DNA of 58,947 nt, filler included, from Basidiobolus ranarum (GCA_040143965.1; 3 parts of 3 records of this genome joined end to end with filler, not necessarily neighbours in it); one strand, 5' to 3'. Shown: positions 13,682 through 27,786, counted from the whole stretch's first letter. Notes: generated by a model not told the origin, from the sequence alone. Translations and numbers: made by a program.

Positions 13682-14860
13682 TTAGTTCAAGAATGAACAT
13701 TCGAAAAATGCTTTTCCACCAAAAGTGACCTCCTCATCACCAACAGTGGCTACCACTTCAGCGTCATCAAAATATTGATAAACGTAGGGTTTGGTGAAGA
13801 AATATTGAATAATCTTTCGAAGAAGGTAAGGCAACTCGCTCAATACATCTACTTTAGTCAACAAGGAGGTCAATTTGATTGAGGCTTTGCAGTGGAATGG
13901 CTTTCCGTCTAATGTGTCACCATCCATAGTATAGTGCACTTCGGTGGGCACCTCGTATCCATTCTCAGGATCCAATTTGGTGGTTACAAAGCGTGCTGTA
14001 TTTTTGACTGTCACTGCCACTAGTTTTCGATTTAAAACAAGAGATGCTTGAGTGACTGGGATGTTGTTAAAGCAATCAGGTGTGTCGAAGTGAAGTAAGC
14101 TCAGAGCGTGATCGCCGCTTTGTAAGGTAATTAGATTACATTTCGTAGCTACTTCATGCGGCTTCATACTAAGTACAGCGTGAATGTAATAACCCTCGCC
14201 AACAACTTTACGGGTTTCGCCATCGAACGTGACAGACCCACGTACAGCCCCCTTAGGGAATGATTGATGGCAAATGAAATTGGTAGGGTTCATTTCTTTG
14301 AAGAAGGTTTTTCCCTCGCCAATTTGGAAGCCACAATCGATAATGGAAAAGTTGAATTCAATTTCCATACAGTCCAAAGTAAGGTTAACATCTAGTCCAT
14401 GGTTTTCAGTATTATTCACGATAGTCATGCCATCTACGGAGACAGAGCCTTGATCATCTGATGATTTGAATGAACGAGCGGAGCGATTGGCAGTTTCGAA
14501 CTTGTGCACACCGTCTTTGAAGTATTGAGCAGTTGTTTGAACGGTTGGGCTCAGGCTGAATCAATGGAGTTAAAAATGGCCCTAGATTTCTTTACCAACA
14601 ATATTTACTTACCCTATATTGGAATGAGCGAGCTGAACGAACAGCAAGCCACCGTCATCAAGCTTTATGTAGAAGGTGGCACTTTCGGTGGACGAACCAC
14701 CAGCTAGAGTCCACTTGAGATCATTACAGCCTAATTCCGTAAACAGAGGCTGGCCCTTCTTCTCAGCTATATCACAGGCCAGATAGATCGCTTAAAAAGA
14801 TAGTAAGGCGTTAGTTGTGACAAAGGGGAAGAATATGAAATCCTACATACGAGTTGACAT
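13682..14860 (-). CDS. SVF1: Survival factor 1 (Svf1-like lipid-binding protein); exons 14860-14851, 14790-14613, 14555-13682; further upstream exons (to about 15193) possible
   Basis: GT-AG splicing gives a 353-aa ORF with DLKWTLAGGSSTESATFYIK…FVQLAHSNIG, IHAVLSMKPHEVA, and KVDVLSELPYLLRKIIQYFFTKPYVYQY, which resemble Svf1. Confidence 0.85.
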
Positions 14861-15616
14861 GGTAGTAGAGCAAATCTAAAAAAAAACCAGGAACTAGCGA
14901 GCAAGCAAAGACCTTTTAAAGGAAATTTCTGTCAATATCGAGAGGTAACAATCATCCACAACAACAAGATTTTCCGAAATTGGTTCAAGTAAAAAGTCGA
15001 TCGGTTTCATGGAGAGTGATAGATTAACCTCATATAATCAGGGCCAAACATGAAGTAAATTCTAGCGATGTCTCCCAATCACTCCTGAACCAATTGCTGT
15101 TGAAGAAATGAGAAATACAGAACTGATTAGGCATCTTAGCTTACCTGAGCCAACCAGACTGGCCAGGAATGAACTAAGTTTGGATGACTTCATCCTGACT
15201 TAAATTCGCTTAATACCAAGTCTACTCATCAAAAATTAAACTGGCCTAAAATCACTACTAAAATCAAGACCGGGACTTAGCGGCCTTGGCCCAGTATTAG
15301 TGCCGTAACCCAGACTAACGCAGTACCTCATCGGACAGGCTTCGTTGTTTATCCGATTTGATCCTTAAAAAATAGCTCGAAGCCCTGGGCGCCAAAATCC
15401 AGCGGTTTCCTAGCCTTAATATGGATTAATGACGGCAGATTTTCAATCCAGGCTTAAACAGGGTAATTAATTCCCTCCCTCATACATCAAAGCAGAACAT
15501 TGACTCATCAAGAGTGATTTATTATCAGCCAATCAGGGCTCCCCATACCATAGCCACTTGTGTAGTAGACGCGTACTAGAAACTTGTTTAGACATACTGG
15601 ATCGCCACCACCAGTC

Positions 15617-15641
15617 ACACACACACACACATGCACACACA
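15617..15641. repeat. Imperfect (CA)n microsatellite
   Basis: cacacacacacacacatgcacacaca. Confidence 0.85.
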
Positions 15642-16108
15642 GTAAATCCTATAAGGATCTTCGCGCAACTAATGGCAAATGCCAAGTCTTAGTTAAAATC
15701 GTCAAGGGAATTGAACCACGCTAGCTTAAAGTTTCTAGCAAGATGGAATTCTCTGGCAAACCAGTTGACAGCTACAGCATGACCCATCCATACAACATAT
15801 GTCTATTCTTATCTACATCTTCACATTATTGATCCCACAACTGCAGTGTAGTGTTGGGCTATATAGGATGTTTCAACCCAAGGCACATGTGCATATACAT
15901 AATTCAAGTTATTCTTGAGCCACCGAAAATGGTACAAATCGACAATATATCTATAATATATATAAAATGATTCTCATGACATAGATCAAATATCATCACT
16001 GAGACATCGCACACGTAGTTCAAGAGGGCAACGCATAAAAGAACACCAAGGATCCGTTGGAGGCTCTTTACTTTAAGGATTTATTCAGACCATCACTATT
16101 GTGCAAAT

Positions 16109-16656
16109 ATGAGTGAAAACCCTGAGACGACAGTTAGAGATTGTCTAGTGAAGGCTACTGAGATTGATAAACTGGAGAGGAGAAAACACATTCATCCATT
16201 AAATCCCAAAGCTATTCGTCATACCGTTTCACTTGGGGATATGGTGGGCATGTCAAGCTTAGGTGTGCATCTAAATACGTTGAAGCCAGGTGATGAATCT
16301 ACTACGTATCATACGCATCATGTCGTTGAAGAGTTCCTGTACATTCTGTCTGGTCGGGGTACGGCACGAATTGGTTCCAAGGAGAACGAAGTTGGCCCAG
16401 GTAGAAGATATCAAAATGTCATTTATTAATGCTTAACTAACTTTGCATACTCTCAGGCGACTTCATGGGGTTCTCTAACAACAGTCCACCTCATACGTTG
16501 AAAAACACCTTTGACGAGGACTTGACCTACCTAGTATCTGGGACGAGAGTGGACACAGATGTTGTTGATTACCCGGATATTGACAAACGACTGTTTTGTT
16601 TCAACAAGGAAAGAAACTATGTAAACTTGGGCGATATAAGCCATATTAAACAATAA
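16109..16656 (+). CDS. Cupin-domain protein, bacterial-like; exons 16109-16400 and 16457-16656, 163 aa
   Basis: Cupin metal motifs PGDESTTYHTHHVVEEFLYILSG and EVGPG^DFMGF…PPHTLKN; a 56-nt GT-AG intron restores the frame. Confidence 0.85.
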
Positions 16657-17852
16657 ACCCTGGATATTGGTGTGTTATCGCAAGATCCAAGATTCCGAGG
16701 ATAATGCATACTAGTCATAGCTGCACCTCCATCATACAATAGGGTGGGTTTTAATTTGACTACGCAATAATCCTCAAACACTGATTCATGGAAGTCTAAT
16801 ATCAAAGACAATAAGCCAGAAGAAAAAGTGAGCCTACGGTTCGTTTGTAGGATGTAAGGGTAGAACAGAGGTACGGAGTGTCCACTTCAAGTGACGTATC
16901 TTCGTGTCAGGATTTGTATTTGCTTGATGCTTACTATCCAGCTAGTACAGGAACACTAGCATGATATGCTAGTCACCTCAACCGGTGTCATGGCTGTCGA
17001 TCGACTGCCCTCGGAAAGGACCAACGGGGATGTGATGTAGTTGATGTGACATTGGAGCCTGCACCAGTCACACTTCAGAGTAATCACTCACGATTCCCTC
17101 ATCCTGACCGCTCAGCACATGTAGTTAATATATGCAGCTGGAATGACGTGCTTCTTAATGGCCATTTGTTTTCATAAGGGTTTATCTTGGCTTGGCCTTG
17201 ACGTAATACGATAAGGCTGTTACACTGCAGCCAAATCTATTCGAATCAAATTGAATTGTTGCACTAAACAATCTTTTTTTTGATAGTAGGACTAGCGGTT
17301 AAAACGCCATGTTTCTCTAGCGCTACATGTCGCAACAGACATGGCCCTTGTTATGTAGCGACTTGGACCATATATGTACGCTACTTACCGGATGTATGAC
17401 ATATCTGGGCAGCCAAAACATTCTATTCTCGTTGATGGATGTTAACATCCACGATCTCTTCAAATGGTCCTCCATGATCATCAGATTCTTGTAATTTCGC
17501 ATTTATCCTCATTAATCGGTTTTCGTTGATTGCTATTGTTATTCAATTGATATACCAATCACATCTGACATCTTAATTGAATTTAAATTTTCTCTATTTC
17601 CATATGTGGAAGGTGAGACCCAATCTAGTCTTTTAAGACTCAGCCTCGTTCTATGCCGAGCTTCTTAGAGAAAGTAGCCTTCCCTCATTTAAGCTCCCAT
17701 TGTAAACATATAAACATTAGCTAAATTTTCTTTCAACATTATTTTCTTAAATTTTAGTTAATCAACACACCTCTTGACCTACTCTTCCCCACAATACTTG
17801 GCTTTGTTCAGCTGTTTAGTAAATATCGCTTTATTTTCCCTTATACTTCAAC

Positions 17853-19642
17853 ATGCTGTCGTCTGAGAATCATTACCCACCAAACAGCCAAGATACTGAC
17901 AACTCTAAAAAGCCCTTAGGCCCGAGACCATACCCGTTGGGAAAAGGCAGTGCAAAGACTCCCTCCGAGAATCAAAATGAGATGCCCGCCAATCGCCCAC
18001 CAACATCCCCTAATTCCTATTACTCACACCCTTATATGGGCCCAAGAGCTCAACCTAGCTATCCTATGTATCCTCCTGGTCATAAAGCCGGATATTCTCC
18101 GTATATGTATCGTCCTCAAGGTTATCCACCAATATACTATAGCTATGGGCAGCCCCCTCCGATTATTTCGACTACGCCCTCAATAGCCTCTGCACAGCCT
18201 ACCAACGGGGCACCGACTGGTATGGCTGCTGGTTCCACATTACCATCAGGCCATGCAGCAGCCAGACCTACGTATCCTCCCCCACGTACTAACTTTGGAG
18301 TCGCATATCCTCCGCCTCGGTCATATATATCACAGCCAACAAGCCCAGTAACGGCTTCATCTGATGCTTCATCACCTACACAATCTACAGAGATCTCTAG
18401 TGAAGGCGGTAGATCGGACAAATCGGCACATGAATCCCTTCCTGGTAAATCTGACGAGGAAATGGAGAAAGAATTAAAAGCTAGCCTTCAGGCATTGAGT
18501 ATACCAAGTCATGCGGAGCATCCCTCTTCAACATACGATGAGCATAGCCCTTATATGCATCGAGGACATTCAGATTCAAGTCTAGCAAATCATTCTAATC
18601 TGATGCCTAGTACGACAGCTACTAGCAGTAACCTAGAGCTTCCAAGTATCAGACATCCCATTCAAAATCGCCGTTACAATCATTCCGATTCTTCAGTAAA
18701 TAATCATGCATTGGCTAGGAGAGATTCGATTAACTCCATCGATTCATATACTTCGGATGAGTGTGATTCTTTGCGTGGTTCCACCACCAATTCTGACAAC
18801 TTCCCCCTTAGACCAACTTCAATTATCGAACTCCGCCCCAAAGAGTTTTGCCCAAGTAAATCCAACCGCAACAGCAACGTCCCATCATTGCTTAACCTTT
18901 CTGCACCAGGTGATCCTTTAAAGCGAGCGAATCACCGGGCATCAATGACGCTGGTAAATGAGGAATCAGCCTTAGGGATGTATCGAGAGACCGCCAAAAA
19001 AACCAATGATCCAAACACTCAACTGGAATTTGCCAAGTTCTTATTGTTCTCCTCAACGGCTTTTGGGGATCCCAATACCAAAGATGGTAACCCTTCACTT
19101 AAAAAACTATTGGATGAGGCGATCTATTGGATTAAAAAACTTCAGAAAGCTGGTCAACCAGAAGCCATGTACATTTACGCTACTTGGTTGGAAAAGGGAA
19201 TGTACGAAATTCCTCAAAGTCTTGAGAAGGCCATCGCCTTTTAAAAAAGTTCATCTAAACTTGGGTTTGTCAAATCTACTTACAAAGTAGGCTATTTCTA
19301 TGAACGAAAGAAGGGTTATAGCAAAGCTGTGCAATTCTATCTGAAAGCTGCAAGTGGAGGAGATGTATCCGCTAATTATAGGTTAGGCACTGCTTATCTT
19401 CACGGTGAGATAAAACTAAAGAGAAATCTTCATCAAGCCATGCTTTATTTGGCCCGTTCTGCTAAAGAGGCCGATAAAGAGTGCCCTGATGGCGCTTATT
19501 TGTACGGGATCATTCTTGCTGGTGACTATAGAGCAACGGATGTGAGCACACTTCATTGTGACTTGAATATGGGCCAAGAGTTCATCACAAAAGCGGCCAA
19601 CCTAGGTTACTGTCCCGCATTGCATCGACTGGGTGCTTGTTA
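17853..19642 (+). CDS. Sel1-repeat protein of the chitin synthase activator (Chs4/Skt5) family; one in-frame TAA at 19242-19244; 3' end lost in gap
   Basis: Pro/Tyr-rich N-terminus, then ALGMYRETAKKTNDPNTQLEFAK and Sel1 repeats (KAVQFYLKAASGGDVSANYRLG; KAANLGYCPALHRLG). ORFs 17853 and 19329 share one frame with a single stop between them. Confidence 0.8.
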
Positions 19643-19742
19643 NNNNNNNNNNNNNNNNNNNNNNNNNNNNNNNNNNNNNNNNNNNNTTAATTAATTAANN
19701 NNNNNNNNNNNNNNNNNNNNNNNNNNNNNNNNNNNNNNNNNN
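19643..19742. other. Assembly gap with artificial six-frame-stop spacer
   Basis: 44 N + TTAATTAATTAA (19687-19698) + 44 N; identical construct at 39306-39405. Confidence 0.95.
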
Positions 19743-21181
19743 AAATATAATTATTTTTCTCGCCTCTTAAAACCTTTTATATATCGGGCCCGCAAATCGT
19801 TCAAATTTATTCTACATGTCTGGGGTCATAAGCGTCCACAAACTCCCAGAAGAAATAGCTCCGGTCGTTATAGTCGCACAAATTCAGCCAACAGTGAGGT
19901 CAAAACGTTGCCTATCCCGAATTGTGCTAAAATTTTGGACTTGAAGTAAGACTCAAGCCCTTCTTCCCATATTTCACACTTGATTTACTGATAAATTTCC
20001 ACCTTACCAAATAAGAACCCTCAAAAATCCTGAAGTACTTCAGATCAAAGTAACTGAACTCATTCGTAACCTTGTGCCAAGCTGGAGTCACGCTCAAGTA
20101 TCAGATGTTGAGTTGAGTCGAATCAGTGGTGCCTTAACTAACTGTGTCTTCCTAGTTCAAGGACCAACTAAAAAAAACAAACCGGAGGGAGAACGTCAAA
20201 AGATACTACTTCGTGTATATGGCGAGGGAGTTGATCAACTCTTTACGAGAGACAAAGAGCTTCGTTGGCTTAGTAGATTATCATCCCTAGGTATTGGGCC
20301 CAAACTTTTGGGACTCTTTCGCAATGGAAGATTGGAAGAGTACATCGATTCAACCACTCTAACCAGGGAAGATATTCGGGAACCTTCTATTTCGCGGCAT
20401 ATTGCAAGAAGACTAATGCAACTTCATACCGTTGTTTCAATATATCCACCTGAAGAAGACTTTGTACCAGAAATGTGGATCAACATCGATAAATGGTATC
20501 CATTGGCAATCAAGGCGGCTAACTTGGTCGCCCAACGAGATCCTGAAGCTCGGGATCGTTTGAATTCATTTGATTTAATTAAATTGAGTGATGAAATTAA
20601 TGCACTACAGGATGCTATCACCAGCATTAAATCACCTATCGTGTTTGCACATAATGATGTTCGTAAAATAATCATGAATGAACACAATATCGTCTACCCA
20701 TTACTTGTATTAAAGTTACTTCTTTGTGTATCTCTAGGCTCAATACGGTAACATCCTTCGGTCCAAGAAAACCAATGAATTGATTGTCATTGATTTCGAA
20801 TACTCAGGTTACAACTATCGTGCGTACGATATTGCCAATCACTTCTGCGAATGGACAGCAGATTACCACTCCGAAGAACCCCACGTACTTCACTTCGATC
20901 AATACCCTACTAAAGAGGAACAAATCAACTTCCTTTCCGCTTACATCGAAGCAGAGAAGAAATTTGGTAGTGTGGATGAATACGAGCTATCAGATGAAGA
21001 GAAAATCGAAATACTTCAACGAGAAGTGAATCAATTTGCCCCCATTTCGCATCTTCTTTGGGGACTCTGGGGACTAGTTCAAGCCTCACAATCGGGTATA
21101 GAATTTGATTATTTCAAATACGGTATGCAACGTTTAGAACAATTTCGAGAATTGAAAAAGCAAATTCTACACTTTAAATAG
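19743..21181 (+). CDS. Choline/ethanolamine kinase, 5' start uncertain (frame is open back to the gap); introns 19946-20015 and 20659-20737
   Basis: ISGALTN, LLRVYG, GRLEEYI, spliced Brenner motif HND^AQYGNIL, IDFEYSGYNYRAYDIANHFCEW, SHLLWGLWGLVQA. Confidence 0.9.
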
Positions 21182-21928
21182 GCTTATCGTTAGAATGGAG
21201 TCGAGTAAACATTGACTCAAATGAACTTTAATTTCATTACCCTTTTAATTTGTATGCAGACGCACTATAAATAAAATCATCTTTGCAGGACTTAAGTTTC
21301 TGGAAGACAACGAGATAATGAGCACTTACTGAGCTATTCAAATGATGCTAGGATAAGTGCCGCGCTAGTTTAGCTTCATACATCGCGGAAGTGAAACAAA
21401 GTTCGGAATTAGTAGTGTTATTTTATTTACTAAGCTGCACATATAACTATATTAATGAATTTAACAACAAGGACAATGGTAGACAAATATGTATGGATAT
21501 GTTGAGTGTCAAATGAGGTGGAAGGTTGATCAAAGGGGATGAAAGAATAGCTAGTAATTTTTTATAAATTTTCTGGAAAGTGATAATGGAATTGATTGAA
21601 AATATAGAACAAACATTGAGTTTCTATCTAAACCATGTACAACTTGATAAAAGCGTAGGAGTTGTACCAAGAGAGAGCGAGGGAGAGTAAAAGTAACAGA
21701 ATGAGCTATGTATATGATCATCAAATCTGTGAAACCTGATGACCAAGGACAAAATAAGACATTTCAAAAAGTTGAAGTTATATGAGGAAACGAAAAATAT
21801 TTTAACAAGTGAGCAACAAAGCTAAATATATATATACAAAGGCCAACAATAAAGAACAAGTCATATTGCGCTCATTACCGTGCGAAAAAATAACGAGTCT
21901 CGAATCCCCTTGTGTCAGCAGAGCTCAA

Positions 21929-22838
21929 TTAAAAGGTTAACCCAGCCTTTCCTGAGCGAGCGCCAACACTATGAGATCTCGGACGAGCATGGAGTCTGTG
22001 AAAAGATAATGGTAATGGACGGCCAAGATTATATGAGTGCACTGAACTTCCAGTAGTCTTCAACTCGGTGTTATTAGTATTTGAGATTGCTGTCAGCCCT
22101 GAACGAGAATTTCCCGACGAAATACAAGGAGATGCAGTTTGCGGTGAGAACATGGAATCCAAAGGTAAGGGATTTTGAGTTCTAGAAATAGGAGAACGGC
22201 CAAGGAATTGATTTAAGTCTAGATCACCCGAAGTAGAATCATCCAAGATAGCTTCCAATTCGATTCCTTTGTTTATAATCGCCATCGGTTGGACTGTTCC
22301 TAACGAAACACTATCCTCCTCACTAAGGTCAGGTAGAGGATCTTGCGAAGTTTTAGGGCTTTTGTTGTGAACTATTTGCAGGAGCTCTGCAAATGCATCG
22401 CTTTCAGCATTCCTAACAAGAAGAAGAATAATATTATTAATAGCAAACTCGACACTGAATATTGTATGCAGACTTATACCAATCAGGTAACTTGGACTTC
22501 AAGTCGGCTTCAAAGGTATCCTCATCGCTGTCTTCGTCTAAAGTTGACAAACCCCATGGAGAAAGGGAGCGAGGACCACATTTATACACTTTCACTTCAT
22601 TACATTGGTGAGGCTTTTTGGGGGCAGGCGCAATAATATCGTTGGAGTCATACATAAAAATCTTGTAGGGTTTCTTGGTTTCACTATTTAACGGAGTGGG
22701 TGCACGATTAACCTTGGGGATATCCAGACCAACTGAAGTAGTACTCAATGATAGTGAAGAATGGCTTTTAGTCAAGAAGGTGTCGGCACAGGCACGGTCA
22801 AATGGTAGTTGGCGTTGAGGAGACTGCTGAAAAAACAT
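21929..22838 (-). CDS. Hypothetical Ser-rich protein, 280 aa; exons 22838-22480 and 22412-21929
   Basis: Two minus-strand ORFs join in frame across a GT-AG intron (22479-22413); TATA-like element near 22996; no recognised domain. Confidence 0.65.
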
Positions 22839-25800
22839 GATTTTGGGACGGAAGAAAGGAGGTTTATTAATGTAAGTAACCAAAAGGGTATTAGACGATG
22901 CCACGAAAGATATACAAATATACAGAGACAAGAAAAGATGTAAAGAAGCGATATCCCGCAAAATCAGACCGACATCAAAAAAAACCAACTAGCTAATATA
23001 TAGGGCATTTGAAATCTTCACATGAAAAGGATTGGTGGATACGAAAGTGAAGGCATTTCAGCTGAGAAAGATTGTAAGCGTCACCTGAATTGCCACACCA
23101 GTTATTGGATCATCCGAACTCATGGTATATATCCCCAGATCATCATATCCTTGTTGAAACGATCTGAAGTTTAGAGAAATACGATGGACTCTACAACGCA
23201 ATCTCCAGATCTAGAAAGTGTTGATCCTGAAATAGAGGATCTCTAAATAAGCCAATCTCATGAATATGCCAAGTGACCCTGGTCTAACTCCGATGCTTAA
23301 CCATGGAATGGACGAATAGCTTGTAAACTATAGCTTTTGCTATTGCGATTAGCTACCAAAATGTCTATTAAGCTCAAACAGGCACCATGGAATGTGAAGT
23401 CAAAATGGTTACAGCTACTCACGCTTTTGCTTACTGATCATCGTCAGCAGTGTAAGGCATTACCTGCATCAACAGCAGAGGGCGATAATCACGAAATGCA
23501 TCGACATTATGTGAGCGAAACATTGAACTTGTTTGTGTCGAACATTGTAATGTTGCTTTATTAAGTCATCAACATATATCAAGTTTGCACTCTTGCACAA
23601 ACCAAATACAGTAAGTATGGAAAGGATCTTTCGAACTACAATCAGTTATATGGGAATAGTTTCGTCAAGAGACATAACGAAGTACATACAGGTGGGCCAA
23701 TGGTATTACAGACGTGTTGTGCAAGTGCGCCCATCGTCTGGTGGGTCGTAAAGCTGATCAGCTCTGTAACTTGGTATTGTAGACCTGGATCCTAGCCCAA
23801 AATACAGCTGTTTAGCTAGTGACTGGTCCATTCGGTACGTTGAATTTGTGTTAGGGAGCACACAAAGTAAAGATAACCGTCAACATCTCCTTGATTACAT
23901 ATACAGTGCTGTAAGCTTAGAAAAGTGAGATTCGAGAAGCATACAAGAAACCTCATATCGGCCTCTTGATGCCTTAGACTCATTACTTTACAGGCATCCT
24001 CTCACTGATAATATAGATCCAAAACCAACCGATAGTCAAATGGCCGCTGCAATGCCTCGAGAGGAATTATTATGTACAACAGGAGGTTTCACTTTGAGAC
24101 ATGTGTCCTACAGATACTCTCTCCACCACTTAGCTATTACACCGCAGCGCCTGTTAGCATGCTTCCGTCTAATGACGATGTACCTGCTCATGAGGTACAA
24201 ACATTTACCTGGGAAGCACAAATGTTTACACACAAAGTAATCAAGACCATGCCTTAGTGTGCCCTTGGTAATGATACACATGGTGAGCCACCTGCATCTC
24301 AGATTGGTCGGATTCCATATTCTTAGATGATTTTTGTTCGCTTTTGAAATGCTGTAAAAATTGAAGTATTTGTCCTAATCGATACACGGCTAAATTGCAC
24401 CAGTTGGAAGGTTGAAAAGAAAAACCTGTTTTTTCCTGTTGATTTTCAAAAATACCGACAATCGTAATGCCGCTTAGGCTTCGGATGTTTTCGAATCGTA
24501 ACTCTTTCATAGCTCAAGCATCGAGAACCAAATCATATTGAGTGTCTTGTCTTCAGCCCAGTATGGTGTCAGATAGCCCGTGTTGAGTCTAAATACAATA
24601 ACCAAGTGCATGGCTGATTATAGCTGAGGTTGTGTTATAAGTTAAACTTCAACTAAATGTGCTCATGTATTGTTCCTAAACGATCAATGGCTAGAGTTCA
24701 TTGAGATTTGGTTCTGGACAACATTGAATCCATAGGCTAGAAAGCTATGGCGTATATGGATGAAATTATGCAGAACTAGTTTGATCTTTAGAGTAGATCC
24801 CTCATAGTAGATTGGGATACTTAGGGTTGTGACGGCTATTTAAACTCCGGCCGGCATGTAACCAAATGGGAACTCATTCGGCGACTACTGACAAGAAAAT
24901 CGTACATCAGGGTTGATGGTAGAATATCCTGTGAACAATAGTAGGATTTATTGGCATATATAGGCACATGTTAGAAAATGCGAGTGCGTGTAATCTAATC
25001 ATCAGCATTCATTGGATCCCCAAAGGAGGTGCTGAATCCTGGATTGTCTTGCTCACTGTATTAGTTCATGTGATGGGAGGAGCAGCTGTCATGATATCGC
25101 GATATATAGAGGGGAGTTACACACGTATGGAGAAGAGGTGGATGCCGACTTGACTCTCAGTTCTATCATATCTTATCGGTTTGCTAATTCTAATATTCCA
25201 TCATCCGTAATATATACGGAAATAACGCTCATTGTATTTTTTTAAAGCATATGATATATAATGTGAGTGTAGAAATACCAACTAGAAGTGTAAACAATGT
25301 TACTTGTTCCCGCTAGCTGCTTTGAGGCAGCTCTTGGAATCAAGAAAACCTCACAACAAAAATCACTGAAATTTTACAAAACTAGTGTTACATTAGAATA
25401 TAAATACACCAATCAGAATCGATTAGTTGGAATAATAATAGGAATGCAGCATGCTGTAGAACCTGACAGTTCAATATTTCAATTTCTAGTCTAAACTAGT
25501 GGTAATAGTGACTAGAAATAACTAAGGAGAGAATTCTGCTCCTTAACTTCTAGCCAGAGTAGTCTGTGTGGCTGCGATTCCTTTTTTATGTTTCATTAGC
25601 TACAAGCTTTCAGTGGCTTCACTATTTGCATGTTAATCACCTAGAGATGCTGGTTTTCTTAATTAAATCAAAATGGATTAGTTCATCAAATTAAACAGTG
25701 GGGAGTGGAGGCACAGGTGATAAGTCTGAGAAAGAAAATTTTTGATTTCCTACTAATTGGCAATTCTATTGCGATTTACTAAGCCAACACCGATTGTCTG

Positions 25801-25849
25801 TAACTAAGCCTAGCAGGACCGTGTTCACGTTAGAAACTGAACAACCAAT

Positions 25850-26752
25850 ATGCATCACGGTAAACATTTTCGCAGATTAAATAAAAAATGGTCTCATCGT
25901 GTAGCTATGCTTCGTAATATGGCTACCTCTTTGATTCTTCAAGGAAGAATCAAAACTACCTTACCAAAAGCTAAAGAATTAAGACGTGTTGCCGAAAAAG
26001 TATGTTTTCATTTAGTACATCTATTATGGTTTATTGAAACCTTTCGGATATGATAGACATACTATTATTATAGTGCAGTATTAAATATTTATGAATCGTT
26101 TAGATGGTCACTTATGCTAAGCGTCAAGATGACAAGGGAAAAGAACTAGCTCGCGCTTTTCTTAGAGTACGTAATGAAATTCATATAATCTTCATATATA
26201 TGTCTGTATCATATGGAACCCACCTTTTATGTCATGATTTATCTAGCATAGGATTTTCTGATTCCAACTTCAGCCTTCATATAGGAACATCCCGAGTCAC
26301 TTCCAAAACTTTATGAGCTAGCAGAGCGATTCAAGACTCGTCCCGGTGGTTACACGCGTATTTGGAAGTTTGGTAACAGATATGGTGATAATGCTCCCAT
26401 GGCTATCATTGAGTACATTGATGGACCCCAAGATCTGAAGTACAACATATTCCTTAAATCACTGGCCTATAAGCAACTTCAAAGAGAGAATAAGGTTCCT
26501 TCACCTGTCGAGAACGATAAGTTAAATCTGAACAAAAAAATGACTAAAGATGAATTCAAAAAAGTCATGAGAAGAAATCAATCAGAGTCTAAATTTCAGC
26601 ACAAATTGAATAAGGTCATGGTCGGTAAAAACATCACCCGTGAAGAGCTTAATGAAGATATAGATAAAGAGATGGAGAGAATCATTTCCCTCATGAAGGA
26701 TACGAACATTGGCTTATATGGTGCTAAGCCTGTCACTGCCGATGGAAAATAA
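25850..26752 (+). CDS. MRPL17: Mitochondrial ribosomal protein bL17m; exons 25850-25999, 26104-26166, 26285-26752
   Basis: [28 protein letters not shown]…[40 protein letters not shown]. Confidence 0.93.
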
Positions 26753-27786
26753 GCTAGTGATAATATAGCTTACACTTGAGCATAGCTAGCGGAGTAGGTA
26801 GCTCTTTTCAAACAGTATTATTATCTAATTATTAAGTCCTTGTCGCTCTGAAGGATTCTATGTTCATTTGATCTGAGATCATTCATCTTCAATATACATT
26901 CATACTCTAAACGATGGGAACTCTTTCTTTTTCCTCTTGTTACTCTTTTTCATTGCATTATTTTACTCATAAAAGCATTATACCATGAAGCTATCTTTTA
27001 TACAGAGTCCCGGTGTCATGAATGTAATAATGTGATTATATACAGTATTTCAGAGACACATGAAAGAGTGGAGTATCGTGGCTGGCTTCAACTTGTATTT
27101 TCCAAGTTGTAATCCAAAAGAGATCGCATATATCCAACCAAACTAGGTCCATAACGGTCCCTGCATTATCCCCTTTCTCTCACGCGTTTGTTTCAGGGAG
27201 CTGATGTAATGATTTTATTTCTCTCAACATACTGAAGAAAGGCTCTCCAATTGTAGCTATGTAAGGGTCAATAAGGAGAAGTCCAACTGCTCATGTAGGG
27301 GAGAGGGGGATAATAAGAATGATGGGTTAAATGACTTGTATCAAAATTGATTACTCTGCAGTGCAAGCCTCCTTTCGCATACTTGACGAATAAATAGGTT
27401 TATACATAATATATTTCATTTCTTCCTCTCTTCTTTGTTACTTTTATTCCTGACCAAATTGAGATTTCATGATACTTTCGTCTATTTGACTACAACTTCA
27501 GCTGCCACCTTCTTTGTACTTGTGTTGGTCTTAATAATTCCTAGAGGTAACAGCCACTCATTAAGGCTTATCTCTCCAAGTCATTGTTTGATTGTGATAT
27601 TTACAGCACGTGTCTGTTATCACCAAGTGAATGAACATTATCTTTTTCCCAGACACTATTTAATTGCATTATCGTGAACTAGTGACTATAAAAAGGTATA
27701 GAGATCTATTTTGGTCTCCCTGATATACATGAAGTACTAATAGATCTATTTTGTAAGTTTACACACTTCTCTTTAGTTATTTCAGG

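Noticed and set aside
19687-19698. Palindromic TTAATTAATTAA island between N runs (also 39350-39361)
   Set aside because: Identical 44N-12-44N construct twice; an artificial contig linker with stops in all frames.
19816-19945. ATG at 19816 as the choline kinase start, implying a frameshift
   Set aside because: That ATG is out of frame, but the coding frame is open back to the gap, so the start may simply lie in the gap.
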